A DNA stretch of 64,000 nucleotides, taken from IMG/VR virus record IMGVR_UViG_3300008120_000033; one strand, written 5' to 3'. The notes under the pieces were generated by a model. That model was not told the DNA's origin. It searched no databases and was given only the letters and a program-made list of their open reading frames with translations. This stretch comes from an uncultured virus (IMG/VR IMGVR_UViG_3300008120_000033). Taxonomy: Duplodnaviria > Heunggongvirae > Uroviricota > Caudoviricetes. Numbering within the stretch: the stretch's first letter is position 1; each line of letters begins with the position of its first letter. The position numbers and the translations under genes were made by a program. Below are positions 46,880-56,386 of the stretch, piece after piece.

Positions 46880-47326
46880 GTGGCTGCTGAATTTGACATA
46901 CCTGCACGGACTTTTGACTTCAGGGCAGACCTTGCATACGGACAAGAGGGGGAAACTCTTGTATCCGGATTCCTTGATTCGCTTGAGGGTGGAGATTTTG
47001 AAGTAAAAAGCGACCGATACAGAAATGGGCGTATGGTTGTCGAAACCAACCAAAACCCCAGGGGGTTGCGAGTTGATGGCGAGCAAGTATGGGTTCCTAG
47101 CGGAATCAACATTACGACTGCTAAGTGGTGGGTTTACATATATTCTCCGGACGGAGCATTTGTAATTATCTCTGTATCCAGATTAAAAAGATATCTCCGT
47201 GCTAATACTGCACTATTTAATGAGTCAACAAAACGCAACCTTGGTGGTGCGGATAATCCAGCTCGCGGTTTTCTGTTGATGACAGAAAATGTTCTTGACA
47301 TGTTGACAAACTCAGCATACGATTAG
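46880..47326 (+). CDS. Putative PD-(D/E)XK-fold phage protein
   Basis: F..DL.YG..GE, EVKSDR, PSGI..T.A.WW. Confidence 0.6.
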   Translation: MAAEFDIPARTFDFRADLAYGQEGETLVSGFLDSLEGGDFEVKSDRYRNGRMVVETNQNPRGLRVDGEQVWVPSGINITTAKWWVYIYSPDGAFVIISVSRLKRYLRANTALFNESTKRNLGGADNPARGFLLMTENVLDMLTNSAYD

Positions 47327-47353
47327 CTCATCTACTAACACCCTGGAGGGGAA

Positions 47354-47764
47354 GTGCAGACATTCGTTCCTTATGCGGATATTTGTGAATCTGGAATGGT
47401 TCTTGATAGAGCCCGTCTCGGCAAACAGCGAGTTGAAACATTTCAACTTATTCGCTGCAATCTCGATGTGTCACTTGGGTGGAAAAATCATCCAGCGGCA
47501 AAGATGTGGGCAGACAACATTAACGGCCTAATTGCTTATGGTGTCGCAATTTGTGATGCATGGATAGCAAGGGGGTATAAAGACACATGTCGGGAAAAGA
47601 TTCTCTCCTACGGAGAGCCGGACGCATCTGATATGCCTTTTTGGTGGGGAGACGAGCGAGTCCACTCATCGCATCGTGCAAATCTACTGAGAAAAGATTT
47701 CAGTCATTATTCCCAGTTTGGATGGGGCGAAAATCCCGAGATGCCGTATTTCTGGCCCGCCTAG
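47354..47764 (+). CDS. Pyrimidine-dimer DNA glycosylase family (DenV/MSMEG_6728-like)
   Basis: MQTF.P, LD..RLGKQRVE, HPAAKMW, RGY.D, SHRANLLRKD. Confidence 0.85.
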   Translation: MQTFVPYADICESGMVLDRARLGKQRVETFQLIRCNLDVSLGWKNHPAAKMWADNINGLIAYGVAICDAWIARGYKDTCREKILSYGEPDASDMPFWWGDERVHSSHRANLLRKDFSHYSQFGWGENPEMPYFWPA

Positions 47765-47780
47765 GATGTATAGTCAAATC

Positions 47781-48110
47781 ATGATTACCGAATTAACTCC
47801 AGACACCTACGACGAACTTGTCGGCTCCTCCCAGACTCCGGTAGTAGTTGATTTTTGGGCTCCATGGTGTGGTCCATGTAAGCAAATCGCTCCAGTCTTG
47901 GAAGAAGTTTCTGGTGAGATTTCATCAGAAGTAACAATCTTCAAAATGAACATCGAGGATTATCCGGAGTTCGCTGTTAAGTACGACATTAAGTCAATCC
48001 CGGCTCTTGTCGTCATCAAGGAAGGCTCATACGTGGGTAGGGTTCCTATTACTGGTTATGGGAAAAGCAGTCTCATTGAACGAATACGAATAGCCATAGC
48101 TGACAATTAA
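47781..48110 (+). CDS. trxA: Thioredoxin
   Basis: VDFWAPWCGPCK, SIP. Confidence 0.93.
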   Translation: MITELTPDTYDELVGSSQTPVVVDFWAPWCGPCKQIAPVLEEVSGEISSEVTIFKMNIEDYPEFAVKYDIKSIPALVVIKEGSYVGRVPITGYGKSSLIERIRIAIADN

Positions 48111-48122
48111 AAATCAGCTTTG

Positions 48123-48197
48123 GCTGAAGTATCGGCTCACTCTTATAAAGTGTAGAAACCGTAGGGGTACACGTGGGTTCAAATCCCACCTTCAGCA
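48123..48197 (+). ncRNA. Atypical tRNA-like RNA (no D-stem; possible UAU anticodon; long variable region)
   Basis: Acceptor GCTGAAG/CTTCAGC-A, T-arm GTGGG-TTCAAAT-CCCAC, CACT-CTTATAA-AGTG hairpin. Confidence 0.65.
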
Positions 48198-48207
48198 CTG
48201 AGGAATT

Positions 48208-48369
48208 ATGACCAATAACAAACAATACACAAAACTTGTTCTTCATGTCTCAGAGGAGCTGAATCAACGCATTCAGGATGCTGCAGCAAAAAACAAATTG
48301 TCCACTGGCTCAGTTATTAGGGAGGCACTTGTCAAGTACCTTGACGATTCGGAAAAGGGAAAGAAGTGA
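48208..48369 (+). CDS. CopG/RHH-like small protein (53 aa, not in ORF track)
   Basis: KLVLHVSEELNQRIQDAAAKNKLSTGSVIREAL; SD GAGGA. Confidence 0.7.
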   Translation: MTNNKQYTKLVLHVSEELNQRIQDAAAKNKLSTGSVIREALVKYLDDSEKGKK

Positions 48370-48596
48370 GCAACACTGTTTTTGTCTTGGCCATCTTTGC
48401 TTCACTCGCCGGCCTGTGGGGTGGCTTAAGGGCGGTTGGTGCATTTCTAGAAACAGCGAAATGCGCCTCTTGTGGTTACTACAGGCCGAGAGAGTACATG
48501 GTCATCATTCGCCTGGACAATGGCAAAACCGCATACGTGTGCGATGAGCCTGGTCGGTGTATTGCGAGAATTGAAATTTCCCAAAAACCTAGATAA
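48366..48596 (+). CDS. Small membrane-anchored Zn-ribbon protein
   Basis: N-terminal hydrophobic helix, CASC..C. Confidence 0.5.
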   Translation: MSNTVFVLAIFASLAGLWGGLRAVGAFLETAKCASCGYYRPREYMVIIRLDNGKTAYVCDEPGRCIARIEISQKPR

Positions 48597-48659
48597 GGTT
48601 TGCCGTGCGCGTCAACTAGCCAATGTCGCATAATAAAAATTGAGGGGAATTAAATAGCG

Positions 48660-49244
48660 ATGAACTACTACAGAAATAAAAGCTCAGTTCCACGTTTGCA
48701 AAATAGGCAAGTCACACCGCAGAGAAGGTCAAACCTTGTTACTGATAAAGGATTATTTGAGTGGATTAAGGAACAGGATTGGTCTGAATTCGCTCAAAGT
48801 CTTGCCAGTTTCTATGAAAAAAATGGCGGATTCACTGAAAAGCAGTTTGATTCCGCTCAAAACATGAGACTTAAGCTTGATGAATTTTATGACCCCTATG
48901 GTCGCAGTGTCGAAAACGGCGTATACATAGATGAAGAAGAAGATGTTATCTTTAAGCTCTCATGGCTTAAGAAGGGTGACTACAAGTCGCGCTCTCTGAG
49001 GAGCAGAGCCATTGACTCGCCAAACTGGCGCGAAGTAAAAAATGGTTTCGCCTTCAATAAGCGAGACGATTTTTTCAACGATGTTGTAAGCGGTCGAATC
49101 AGGCTACTCAGTGAAGACGAGCTGATTAACATCGGCAGAACAACTGGCATATGTTGTGTTTGTGGTAAAACGCTAGACAATGCACAAAGCATTGCTGCGG
49201 GAATCGGACCATACTGTGCCAAGCAGCAAAAAGAGGGATATTGA
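48660..49244 (+). CDS. DUF6011-like protein
   Basis: CCVCGKTL....SI..GIGP.C. Confidence 0.75.
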   Translation: MNYYRNKSSVPRLQNRQVTPQRRSNLVTDKGLFEWIKEQDWSEFAQSLASFYEKNGGFTEKQFDSAQNMRLKLDEFYDPYGRSVENGVYIDEEEDVIFKLSWLKKGDYKSRSLRSRAIDSPNWREVKNGFAFNKRDDFFNDVVSGRIRLLSEDELINIGRTTGICCVCGKTLDNAQSIAAGIGPYCAKQQKEGY

Positions 49245-49254
49245 GGATTGATTC

Positions 49255-49557
49255 ATGAGTATGAAATTGGTCGAATTTAATGGTGGTCAGGCAGTTTTTG
49301 TGCGATGGCAAACAAGAAAACCCCAAGCTGGTGACCACATGAATATCTACTATGGCGAAGAAAAAATGCCAGGAAGACAAGTAGAGAAGAGACTCATACT
49401 GAAGGAACGCATTCACTCTCAGCCGTGGGAAACAGATAACAACATGACCGAAGAATGGTGGACATTCGTTGAGGTGTCCGAGTCAGAATTCCAGAAGACC
49501 CAGGTTCATGCATCAAGAAACAAATTAATAGCAGAGACTCACGATAGTTTGTTTTAA
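49255..49557 (+). CDS. Hypothetical protein
   Basis: 100-aa ORF with SD. Confidence 0.6.
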   Translation: MSMKLVEFNGGQAVFVRWQTRKPQAGDHMNIYYGEEKMPGRQVEKRLILKERIHSQPWETDNNMTEEWWTFVEVSESEFQKTQVHASRNKLIAETHDSLF

Positions 49558-49567
49558 TAAGAACTCG

Positions 49568-49639
49568 GGGCGCTTAGCTCAGCGGTAGAGCAACTCGTTT
49601 ACACCGAGTAGGTCGGGGGTTCGAGACCCTCAGCGCCCA
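49568..49639 (+). tRNA. tRNA-Val(TAC)
   Basis: GGGCGCT acceptor, TT-TAC-AC loop. Confidence 0.93.
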
Positions 49640-49642
49640 CAT

Positions 49643-50125
49643 ATGACAAATAAATTTATCCAGGTTGAACTTTCCTGGCACGAATATGCGATGGCATCCG
49701 AAATCGGTCGCTTGCGACAATTAACTTCGATACGTCGCGGCAGTGCCGATAATCATGGTTTTACAGGGCTGGGATGGAGCGAACATATCGAAGGTGCCTG
49801 TGGAGAGATGGCTGTTAGTAAGTTCCTTAACGTTTACTGGGATGGTGGGATTGACACGTTTAAAGACGCCGATGTCGGAGCAACAATACAGGTTAGAACT
49901 AGGTCATCGCACTCATATGAACTCATAGTAAGGCCAGACGACTACGACGATGATATTTATGTTCTGGTGACCGGAAAATGCCCTGTTTACAGAATTTGGG
50001 GATACATTTCCGGCCTTGAGGCAAAGAATAGCAATTACCTCCAAACGCACGGAAATAGGCCAGCTGCTTATTTTGTGCCCAAAATTGCACTTAAGGAGAT
50101 AAGTGAACTAGCTTCCAAAAACTAG
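49643..50125 (+). CDS. Hypothetical phage protein (possible nuclease fold)
   Basis: GACGEMAV..DV...QVRT. Confidence 0.6.
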   Translation: MTNKFIQVELSWHEYAMASEIGRLRQLTSIRRGSADNHGFTGLGWSEHIEGACGEMAVSKFLNVYWDGGIDTFKDADVGATIQVRTRSSHSYELIVRPDDYDDDIYVLVTGKCPVYRIWGYISGLEAKNSNYLQTHGNRPAAYFVPKIALKEISELASKN

Positions 50126-50198
50126 GGCCCTTAGCTCAGTTGGTTAGAGCGCCGGACTCATAATCCGTTGGTCGTGGGTTCAAGTCCCACAGGGCCCA
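50125..50198 (+). tRNA. tRNA(CAT), probably Ile2 (lysidine type)
   Basis: GGGCCCT acceptor, CT-CAT-AA loop; resembles ileX-type tRNAs. Confidence 0.88.
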
Positions 50199-50213
50199 CT
50201 AACATAAGAATCT

Positions 50214-50303
50214 GGAAGAGTGGCAGAGCGGCCGAATGCACCTGTCTTGAAAACAGGAGTCCGTTTGCGCGGACCGGGGGTTCAAATCCCTCCTCTTCCG
50301 CCA
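50214..50303 (+). tRNA. tRNA-Ser(TGA)
   Basis: Long variable arm, CT-TGA-AA loop, GCCA end. Confidence 0.95.
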
Positions 50304-50321
50304 GTACACAAGGATGACACT

Positions 50322-51119
50322 GTGAATAAGCGATTGACCATCGTTATTGGGTTCAGTTTTCTGCTTGCATCGTGCAGCTCGAAAAGTGTTGACATTCAGC
50401 AGACTTCAACCACAATTGAAGATAAAACAGCAATATCCATTACAACGAGGTCTGTTGGTAGCGGCAAAGAAGCCGTTACCTATTATGTTGCGGAAGTGGA
50501 GCTTGGAGACCCGCGAGATATGGGTTCAATGGTCGCCAGGGGTCATACATCTGAGGTGGCAAGAGATGCCGGGGCAGAGCTGGCTATCAATGGTGATTTC
50601 TTTACATATCGAAATAATGGCGTGATTATCAGGGGTGGAAAAGTCCTCATAAACAAGCCGAAGCGTGATGGGATGTCCATAACTTCATCTGGGGAAATGA
50701 TTATCTACAAAGAAAAAGAAATATCCGTAGAGTCACTTAATGCGGCTGGTGTCCTAAATTCATTTTCATTCGGGCCAGTGCTCATAGATGAATGGCAAAT
50801 TCCAGAAGGCATCGACGACTATTACGAGGTCGATACTGGCAGGTCTATAAATGGCCGACATCCAAGAACAGGGATTTGTATGGTTGAAAAAAATAAGTTT
50901 GTACTTATAGTTGTTGATGGTAGAAGCCCTGGATACAGCATGGGCATGACTCTTGGGGAGTTCGCTGAACTATTCGCTTCTCAGGGTTGTAAAACCGCCT
51001 ACAACCTTGATGGTGGGGGCTCGTCCGTGATGTACAGCAAGGGTTTGGTAGTAAATAACCCACTTGGCAGGGGGAGAGAGCGCACAAACGGTGACATTAT
51101 TTACGTCACCAGTGGCTAG
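50322..51119 (+). CDS. Phosphodiester glycosidase (NAGPA-like) lipoprotein
   Basis: Lipobox LASC; AINGDF, FGP.L, HPRTGI, VVDGR, AYNLDGGGSS; start GTG 50322. Confidence 0.85.
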   Translation: MNKRLTIVIGFSFLLASCSSKSVDIQQTSTTIEDKTAISITTRSVGSGKEAVTYYVAEVELGDPRDMGSMVARGHTSEVARDAGAELAINGDFFTYRNNGVIIRGGKVLINKPKRDGMSITSSGEMIIYKEKEISVESLNAAGVLNSFSFGPVLIDEWQIPEGIDDYYEVDTGRSINGRHPRTGICMVEKNKFVLIVVDGRSPGYSMGMTLGEFAELFASQGCKTAYNLDGGGSSVMYSKGLVVNNPLGRGRERTNGDIIYVTSG

Positions 51120-51185
51120 TCGTGTTGATGTTGTCAACAGATGCATGTAATATTCCAAATACCTAGACCCATGGAGGGTAATTCA

Positions 51186-52109
51186 ATGAAGAAGAAAATC
51201 ATTTCTGTAGCGATTGCTTCTAGCGTTTTGCTTGCAGCATGCAGTAGCTCTTCCGATGACGCAGAGCAAGCCAGTACAACAACTGAACCACAGGTTGAAG
51301 AGGTCCTGACCCTTGTCGCGGTTGGTGACATTTCCTGCAGTCAGGCGCAAAGGAATTCTGGAGATTATGACTGTGCTGATGAGCGGGTGGCTCAGTTAGT
51401 AAGAACCATTGACCCCGACTATGCCCTTCTTCTTGGGGATATTCAGTACAACAGCCATACGGTTGAAAACTTCGATAGAAACTTCGGCATTATTTGGCAA
51501 GACATTATTCCAATCTCAATGCCCATCCCTGGGAATCATGAGTATGCAGAAGGTGGGGCGCGTGGTTACTACGCCAAGTGGGGTGAGCGCTTTGGAACAT
51601 CCGGGTATTACTCAAGACTTCTCAACAACGACTGGGTTCTTGTTGGCCTTAATACCAATGACCAGTGCAGTGACGTTGACTGTTCTCGTGATTCAGAGCA
51701 ATACGCATGGTTCGGAGCTGAGCTAAACAAATATGGTCAGCAGTGTGTAATTCCAATGATGCATCAACCTAGATACTCTTCAGGAAACCATGGCAGCAAC
51801 ATGGTTGTTTCCGAAATCTTTGACCTGATGGATGGCAATAATGTTCCGCTAGTGCTTACAGCGCATGACCACCATTATGAGAGATTTGAGACCTATAAGG
51901 GAATAGACATGGAGCCAATTCAGTTTGTCGTTGGAACTGGCGGTAAGGGTCTCAGAAGTGTTGGTCAACCAATTCCAGGGTCAATGAAGATGATTGATGA
52001 TGAGCATGGAGTACTTGTTCTCGAGATTCGTGGAAAGACTGTCAATACATATTTCATTGATATTGATGGAAATATCCTGGACTCGCGTTCAATCACCTGC
52101 ACCAAGTAG
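51186..52109 (+). CDS. Calcineurin-like metallophosphoesterase lipoprotein
   Basis: Lipobox LAAC; AVGDI, LGDIQY, PGNHEY, MHQP, AHDHHYER, VGTGG. Confidence 0.88.
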   Translation: MKKKIISVAIASSVLLAACSSSSDDAEQASTTTEPQVEEVLTLVAVGDISCSQAQRNSGDYDCADERVAQLVRTIDPDYALLLGDIQYNSHTVENFDRNFGIIWQDIIPISMPIPGNHEYAEGGARGYYAKWGERFGTSGYYSRLLNNDWVLVGLNTNDQCSDVDCSRDSEQYAWFGAELNKYGQQCVIPMMHQPRYSSGNHGSNMVVSEIFDLMDGNNVPLVLTAHDHHYERFETYKGIDMEPIQFVVGTGGKGLRSVGQPIPGSMKMIDDEHGVLVLEIRGKTVNTYFIDIDGNILDSRSITCTK

Positions 52110-52127
52110 GGTGCTAGTGTTTTTCAC

Positions 52128-52760
52128 ATGCCAGAACTGAATGCCAATATTCCCGCAATCGAATGTTACGTACGTGGCAATTATCTAAGGAATCAGAAAG
52201 ATTCACACGATAAATACTTCCCATGCATGATTTTTGGTGTTGCCTCAATACAGGGACGGAGCCCTCTATTTCACTTTCTAATGGAGGATGGTGGTGTTTG
52301 GTGGAGAATGCCAATAAGTGCATTCTGTGCAGAACCGGGAACAAAAGAGGTTGATATTCACGAACTTGTTCTTTGGAACTCATTCAGCCCATATGTGACT
52401 GTTACGGAATTCCAGGCCATGAGGAACATGAGAATGACGTATGTCTCCAGGTCTGGAGAGTTTGTCAGTGGTAAATACCTGTTCACTCTTGATTGGCATC
52501 ACCCCGAGGACAACCAGACAAATGCTGGATTCAGCATGAATCCGGGGCAACACAAATGTGGCCATGTAATTCTAAGAGATGATGGCAATTTTGCAATTCA
52601 GCCAAATAATAGGGTCAGAATGTTTGACCCGTCATTTACAACCAAAAAAGGTAACTTGATTGACCGTCTAATAAATACTAGACAATGGGATGTCGAGGAT
52701 GCCTCTAAGTGGAGAACGTCCGACGATGACAGATATCATTACGGGATAGATACCGAGTAA
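52128..52760 (+). CDS. Conserved phage hypothetical protein
   Basis: LNANIP..R.PISAF..YLFTLDW..HKC.H..DGNFA.QPNNR. Confidence 0.75.
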   Translation: MPELNANIPAIECYVRGNYLRNQKDSHDKYFPCMIFGVASIQGRSPLFHFLMEDGGVWWRMPISAFCAEPGTKEVDIHELVLWNSFSPYVTVTEFQAMRNMRMTYVSRSGEFVSGKYLFTLDWHHPEDNQTNAGFSMNPGQHKCGHVILRDDGNFAIQPNNRVRMFDPSFTTKKGNLIDRLINTRQWDVEDASKWRTSDDDRYHYGIDTE

Positions 52761-52766
52761 CAAATA

Positions 52767-52846
52767 GGGCGAGTGGCGGAATTGGCAGACGCGCTGGTTT
52801 TAGGTACCAGTTCTTAGGAGTGAGGGTTCGAGTCCCTCCTTGCCCA
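52767..52846 (+). tRNA. tRNA-Leu(TAG)
   Basis: GGCGGAATTGGCAGACGC D-arm, TT-TAG-GT loop. Confidence 0.93.
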
Positions 52847-52871
52847 CAACAAGAAACAGAAGGAGAGGAAA

Positions 52872-53084
52872 GTGACACAAGATAACAATGGGTACAACAT
52901 GAATGACCTTCATAAAGATATTTGGTCTTTATATCGTGCTGGACTAATTGAAGCTCGAATACGTGAAGATGGTGAATGGATTTTCAGTATCAGCGATAAA
53001 GCCGCATCCATGACCGAAGATGAACTTCGCAACACCGTGGAAAGCATGGATGATTACGAGATTGCTGATGATGACAATGGGTGA
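52872..53084 (+). CDS. Hypothetical protein
   Basis: SD AGGAGAGG, 70 aa. Confidence 0.6.
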   Translation: MTQDNNGYNMNDLHKDIWSLYRAGLIEARIREDGEWIFSISDKAASMTEDELRNTVESMDDYEIADDDNG

Positions 53085-53244
53085 GGGGTCGGTCACCTAT
53101 TCCCGCTACCTACAGACTCAGCATAGGCTTGAGCAGTGGAAGATTCTTGCAGAAAAAATGTTTCTTGTAGCATATGCACGTGGCGCAACCGAAGAAGAGT
53201 TGAAGCCATTTTTTGACATGCGAAATCACGAAATGGACGAATAA
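53077..53244 (+). CDS. Small hypothetical protein
   Basis: Fills gap between neighbours; start uncertain. Confidence 0.45.
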   Translation: MGEGSVTYSRYLQTQHRLEQWKILAEKMFLVAYARGATEEELKPFFDMRNHEMDE

Positions 53245-53247
53245 AGA

Positions 53248-53487
53248 ATGAACCTAGAGGACCACTTAGTTGAACTGCATTGGGAACATGGGCTTAAGTC
53301 ATTTCTCACAGCTGCCGAAACAATCACTAATCTAAAAAACGAAGTTCAGATGTGGAAAGATATCGCTGGATTTCTTGCCACCATCATCGGGGAGAATAAG
53401 TACCTCGGTGAACAGCACTCCTCGCTGGAGCAGGTTATCGATTACGCAATTTATTCACAGGGGCAAAAGGAATCAAAAAACTCTTAG
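53248..53487 (+). CDS. Hypothetical protein
   Basis: 79 aa; AAETITNLKNEVQMWK segment resembles the downstream small-gene family. Confidence 0.55.
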   Translation: MNLEDHLVELHWEHGLKSFLTAAETITNLKNEVQMWKDIAGFLATIIGENKYLGEQHSSLEQVIDYAIYSQGQKESKNS

Positions 53488-54875
53488 TCTTTTGAGGTGA
53501 GCCTTCTGCGAATCGCAACAATCAAAAGACCTGCAGCCACCAGAAGTGCAGCTACCCTCATTGGTGAGCGGCTATTGGCTCCAGTTTCCGGAAGCGGTCC
53601 ATGCTCATGTGACGAGTGGTCATGGGTTGTTGTTGGGGAATCCACTGGCGGCTCAACGGTAGTTGGAACAGGAACTGTTGTTTCCGGTTCTGGAATAGTT
53701 GTCTCTGGCACGGTTGTTTCTGGAACGGTGGTTTCCGGAACGGTTGTTTCCGGAACGGTAGTTTCTGGCACGGTTGTTTCTGGAGCTGGAGCCCAGGTCA
53801 CCGTAATAGAAACGGTCTTAACAACACCGTTAACGGTTGCTGTTGCCGTATAAACATTTGTTCCAGTTGAAGACGTATTAATTGTTATTGTTGCTATTCC
53901 GGAAGAATCGGTTGTTGCTGTAAATGTTTGACCAGCATCTGGTCCACCGGTAACTGTGATGCTTACAGAGACGCCAGTCTGTGGCACACCAGCAAGCGTC
54001 TGGGCCGTGGCGGTAATCGTTAAAGGTGTTCCGGCGGCTGGATTATCTGGACTAATAGACAAGGTGAATGAGCTTGGTAGTGAAACTTCTCCACCACCAA
54101 CGGAAACAGCAACACGTGGTGAGGTTGGGCCTGGATATGGGTAGTCAACCAGGGTCTTTAGTGTCCCAAGATTTCCAGTGAAATACCCATGCCAGCAGGC
54201 TGCAACAATTGAGTTAGTTAGGCCGAAGTCCGTGTTTCCATCAGCCGTCGCCTCTGGACCACCATTGCATCCTCCGTCATTGAATACAGCACCAGGAAGA
54301 AGGGCGGTAAGCCAACCATATGGATTGTAATTTGCAAACAATCCGCCACCAGAATTAACGAAGTCAGCTATTTTCTCTGCATTGGCGGTGAATATTGAGC
54401 TGACTGCACCAGAGCGACTCCAATCATCAGGAATCCATAGCATTTTTGGCGGAGCAGAGGAGATGGTGGTTGAAAAGAAGGTCTCTAACTCTGCAGCCGT
54501 CGTAATAAACTCATAAACTGGAGCTGTAGAAAATTCAGAAGAAAAATCACCGCTTAAGAAGGTGTTCCAGTTTCCTCCACACCCACCCGCACTTAATGGG
54601 TTAGAGATTCCAAGAATTGCAATCTTCCCGGTGTTTGACGGCATTATTGACTGGTCATAAACACTTTTCAGGACCTTGGCAATGTATTGGTCGGTATTTT
54701 CGTTATATGACGCGTGACAAACGGGGTCCATTCCATCAAGAACAATAGGCCCACCACTGCTAGCACTTGCATAAACTGTTGATTTTGGAGCTGATTGGGT
54801 TAACCCAACAGCTGCCGTAAGAAGAAGGACGATAGCTAGCGCAGCACTTTTGAGGTTACGTGATTTAAGGAGCAT
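53484..54875 (-). CDS. Sortase-anchored (LPETG) surface protein with Ig-like domain and (PETTV)n stalk
   Basis: Signal peptide; Big-1-like TTDSSGIAT; PETTV repeats; LPETG + hydrophobic helix + RRR tail. Confidence 0.85.
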   Translation of the reverse strand: MLLKSRNLKSAALAIVLLLTAAVGLTQSAPKSTVYASASSGGPIVLDGMDPVCHASYNENTDQYIAKVLKSVYDQSIMPSNTGKIAILGISNPLSAGGCGGNWNTFLSGDFSSEFSTAPVYEFITTAAELETFFSTTISSAPPKMLWIPDDWSRSGAVSSIFTANAEKIADFVNSGGGLFANYNPYGWLTALLPGAVFNDGGCNGGPEATADGNTDFGLTNSIVAACWHGYFTGNLGTLKTLVDYPYPGPTSPRVAVSVGGGEVSLPSSFTLSISPDNPAAGTPLTITATAQTLAGVPQTGVSVSITVTGGPDAGQTFTATTDSSGIATITINTSSTGTNVYTATATVNGVVKTVSITVTWAPAPETTVPETTVPETTVPETTVPETTVPETTIPEPETTVPVPTTVEPPVDSPTTTHDHSSHEHGPLPETGANSRSPMRVAALLVAAGLLIVAIRRRLTSKD

Positions 54876-54980
54876 AATATCCAATTCTGTTCTAGTAACA
54901 ACGAACAATTAATAATAACATTCTGAAAATAATCACGGCGGTAGCCGCTCAGCACAACAACGCGTATACTGCTGACAAAG

Positions 54981-55057
54981 CCGAACGTAGCGCAGCTTGG
55001 TAGCGCACCTGCTTTGGGAGCAGGGGGTCGCAGGTTCAAATCCTGCCGTTCGGACCA
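54981..55057 (+). tRNA. tRNA-Pro(TGG)
   Basis: TT-TGG-GA loop, CCA; TATACT -10 upstream. Confidence 0.95.
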
Positions 55058-55058
55058 C

Positions 55059-55133
55059 TGGGAAATGGTGTAATTGGCAACACAACTGGTTCTGGTCCAG
55101 TTATTCAGGGTTCGAGTCCTTGTTTCCCAACCA
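55059..55133 (+). tRNA. tRNA-Gln(CTG)
   Basis: TGGGAAA acceptor, TT-CTG-GT loop, CCA. Confidence 0.93.
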
Positions 55134-55247
55134 AACAGAGGAGACATGTGCTTAAGTACCTAATAGGATGGTCGATAGGAATTATTAATTTAGTTGTGAC
55201 TATTTTTTTAGAAGTTAGACGCAACAAAAAAGAACAGGAAAAAATGG

Positions 55248-55445
55248 ATGCAGGATGACATTGTGACCCGACTACGAGATTTACGGGAAGTGTTGATGGG
55301 TAACCCGATTATGGCTCGTGAAGTTCAAGAGGCTATGGATGAGATTGAACGCCTACGGGAGCAAATCAAGGCACTTGTTCACGAATGGGAACTATCGGAG
55401 CGTGGCGTACACTGCGAACACAAGGAGGTGTGTGATGAGATATAA
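55248..55445 (+). CDS. DIVTRLR-family small protein 1
   Basis: DDIVTRLR..AMDEIERLR. Confidence 0.7.
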   Translation: MQDDIVTRLRDLREVLMGNPIMAREVQEAMDEIERLREQIKALVHEWELSERGVHCEHKEVCDEI

Positions 55446-55716
55446 ATTCAACCCCGAAGCCCGTAACCGTTACGAGTATTACAGAGAGCATTTATTTCGC
55501 CAGTATCTTGCTCCAGCCATAGAGCGCAACGAACGGATGCGTAAAAACGGCGTTCATGCGCTTCTTATCCCATCTATGAATGGTGCTATCTGGACTTCTG
55601 AAACTAGAGCCAAGAAAGAAGCCAAAAAGATGGTCAAATGGGACAAGCGTATGGCTAGGCTAAATAAAATCCCACTCTCCCAGATTCCTAGAACAGAATG
55701 GGCGCAGAATCCATGA
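55435..55716 (+). CDS. Hypothetical basic protein
   Basis: ATG 55435 after AGGAGG. Confidence 0.65.
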   Translation: MRYKFNPEARNRYEYYREHLFRQYLAPAIERNERMRKNGVHALLIPSMNGAIWTSETRAKKEAKKMVKWDKRMARLNKIPLSQIPRTEWAQNP

Positions 55717-55940
55717 GCCATGACATTGTGACCCGACTACGGGCAAGCATTGACGGCGATTACTTCGGAAGTCGTGAGGACATGAAAGAAGCCGTTGCCG
55801 AGATTGAACAATTACGCTTAGAGCGTGATAAGTGGTTTCACTTAGCGAGGCGTTTATATAACCAGTACGGTAAGCGAGGAAGTGAAGTTTTAGCAGAGGC
55901 TTACCTGCTCAACGATTACGAACAGGCGGTGAAATTTTAA
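55713..55940 (+). CDS. DIVTRLR-family small protein 2
   Basis: HDIVTRLR..AVAEIEQLR. Confidence 0.7.
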   Translation: MSHDIVTRLRASIDGDYFGSREDMKEAVAEIEQLRLERDKWFHLARRLYNQYGKRGSEVLAEAYLLNDYEQAVKF

Positions 55941-56386
55941 TGACCGATGACATTGTGACCCGACTACGGCAGGAATGGGAGTACGGTAATAATGCCAAAG
56001 GGTGCGACTATGAAATGTTCGCTCAAGCCGCTGATGAGATTGAACGACTACGCGTAGTGAATCAAATGCTGAACGAGGCTCTCTCGAATAAAGGAATCAA
56101 GCAAGTCGCCAAAGTCGTTTCAACAACTGGTTCGTGTGACGAATGGATGTTGCCAATTTTTGCAAAAGACAACCGCCATCTCTGCGATGGTTGTGGCGGC
56201 GAGAAATACCATCACTCCTACGAATGGGTACCTGCCATAACTCCATTTGGGGGTTCTTACAAGCCGTGGTCACTGGAACAAATTCATAAATGGCGTGAGG
56301 ATGATTTGATTACTAATGAGAGATATCACTTCTTGGTATCTGTGACGAAAGATTTTGACAAGCCAAAGGCGGTGCGTGGTGCCTGA
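55940..56386 (+). CDS. DIVTRLR-family protein 3
   Basis: DDIVTRLR..AADEIERLR plus unique C-terminus. Confidence 0.7.
   Translation: MTDDIVTRLRQEWEYGNNAKGCDYEMFAQAADEIERLRVVNQMLNEALSNKGIKQVAKVVSTTGSCDEWMLPIFAKDNRHLCDGCGGEKYHHSYEWVPAITPFGGSYKPWSLEQIHKWREDDLITNERYHFLVSVTKDFDKPKAVRGA

Noticed and set aside
50220..50321. N-terminal extensions of ORFs 50220 and 57057, and ORFs 33925, 33564 and 54836
   Set aside because: They overlap tRNA genes; true starts are downstream or the ORFs are spurious
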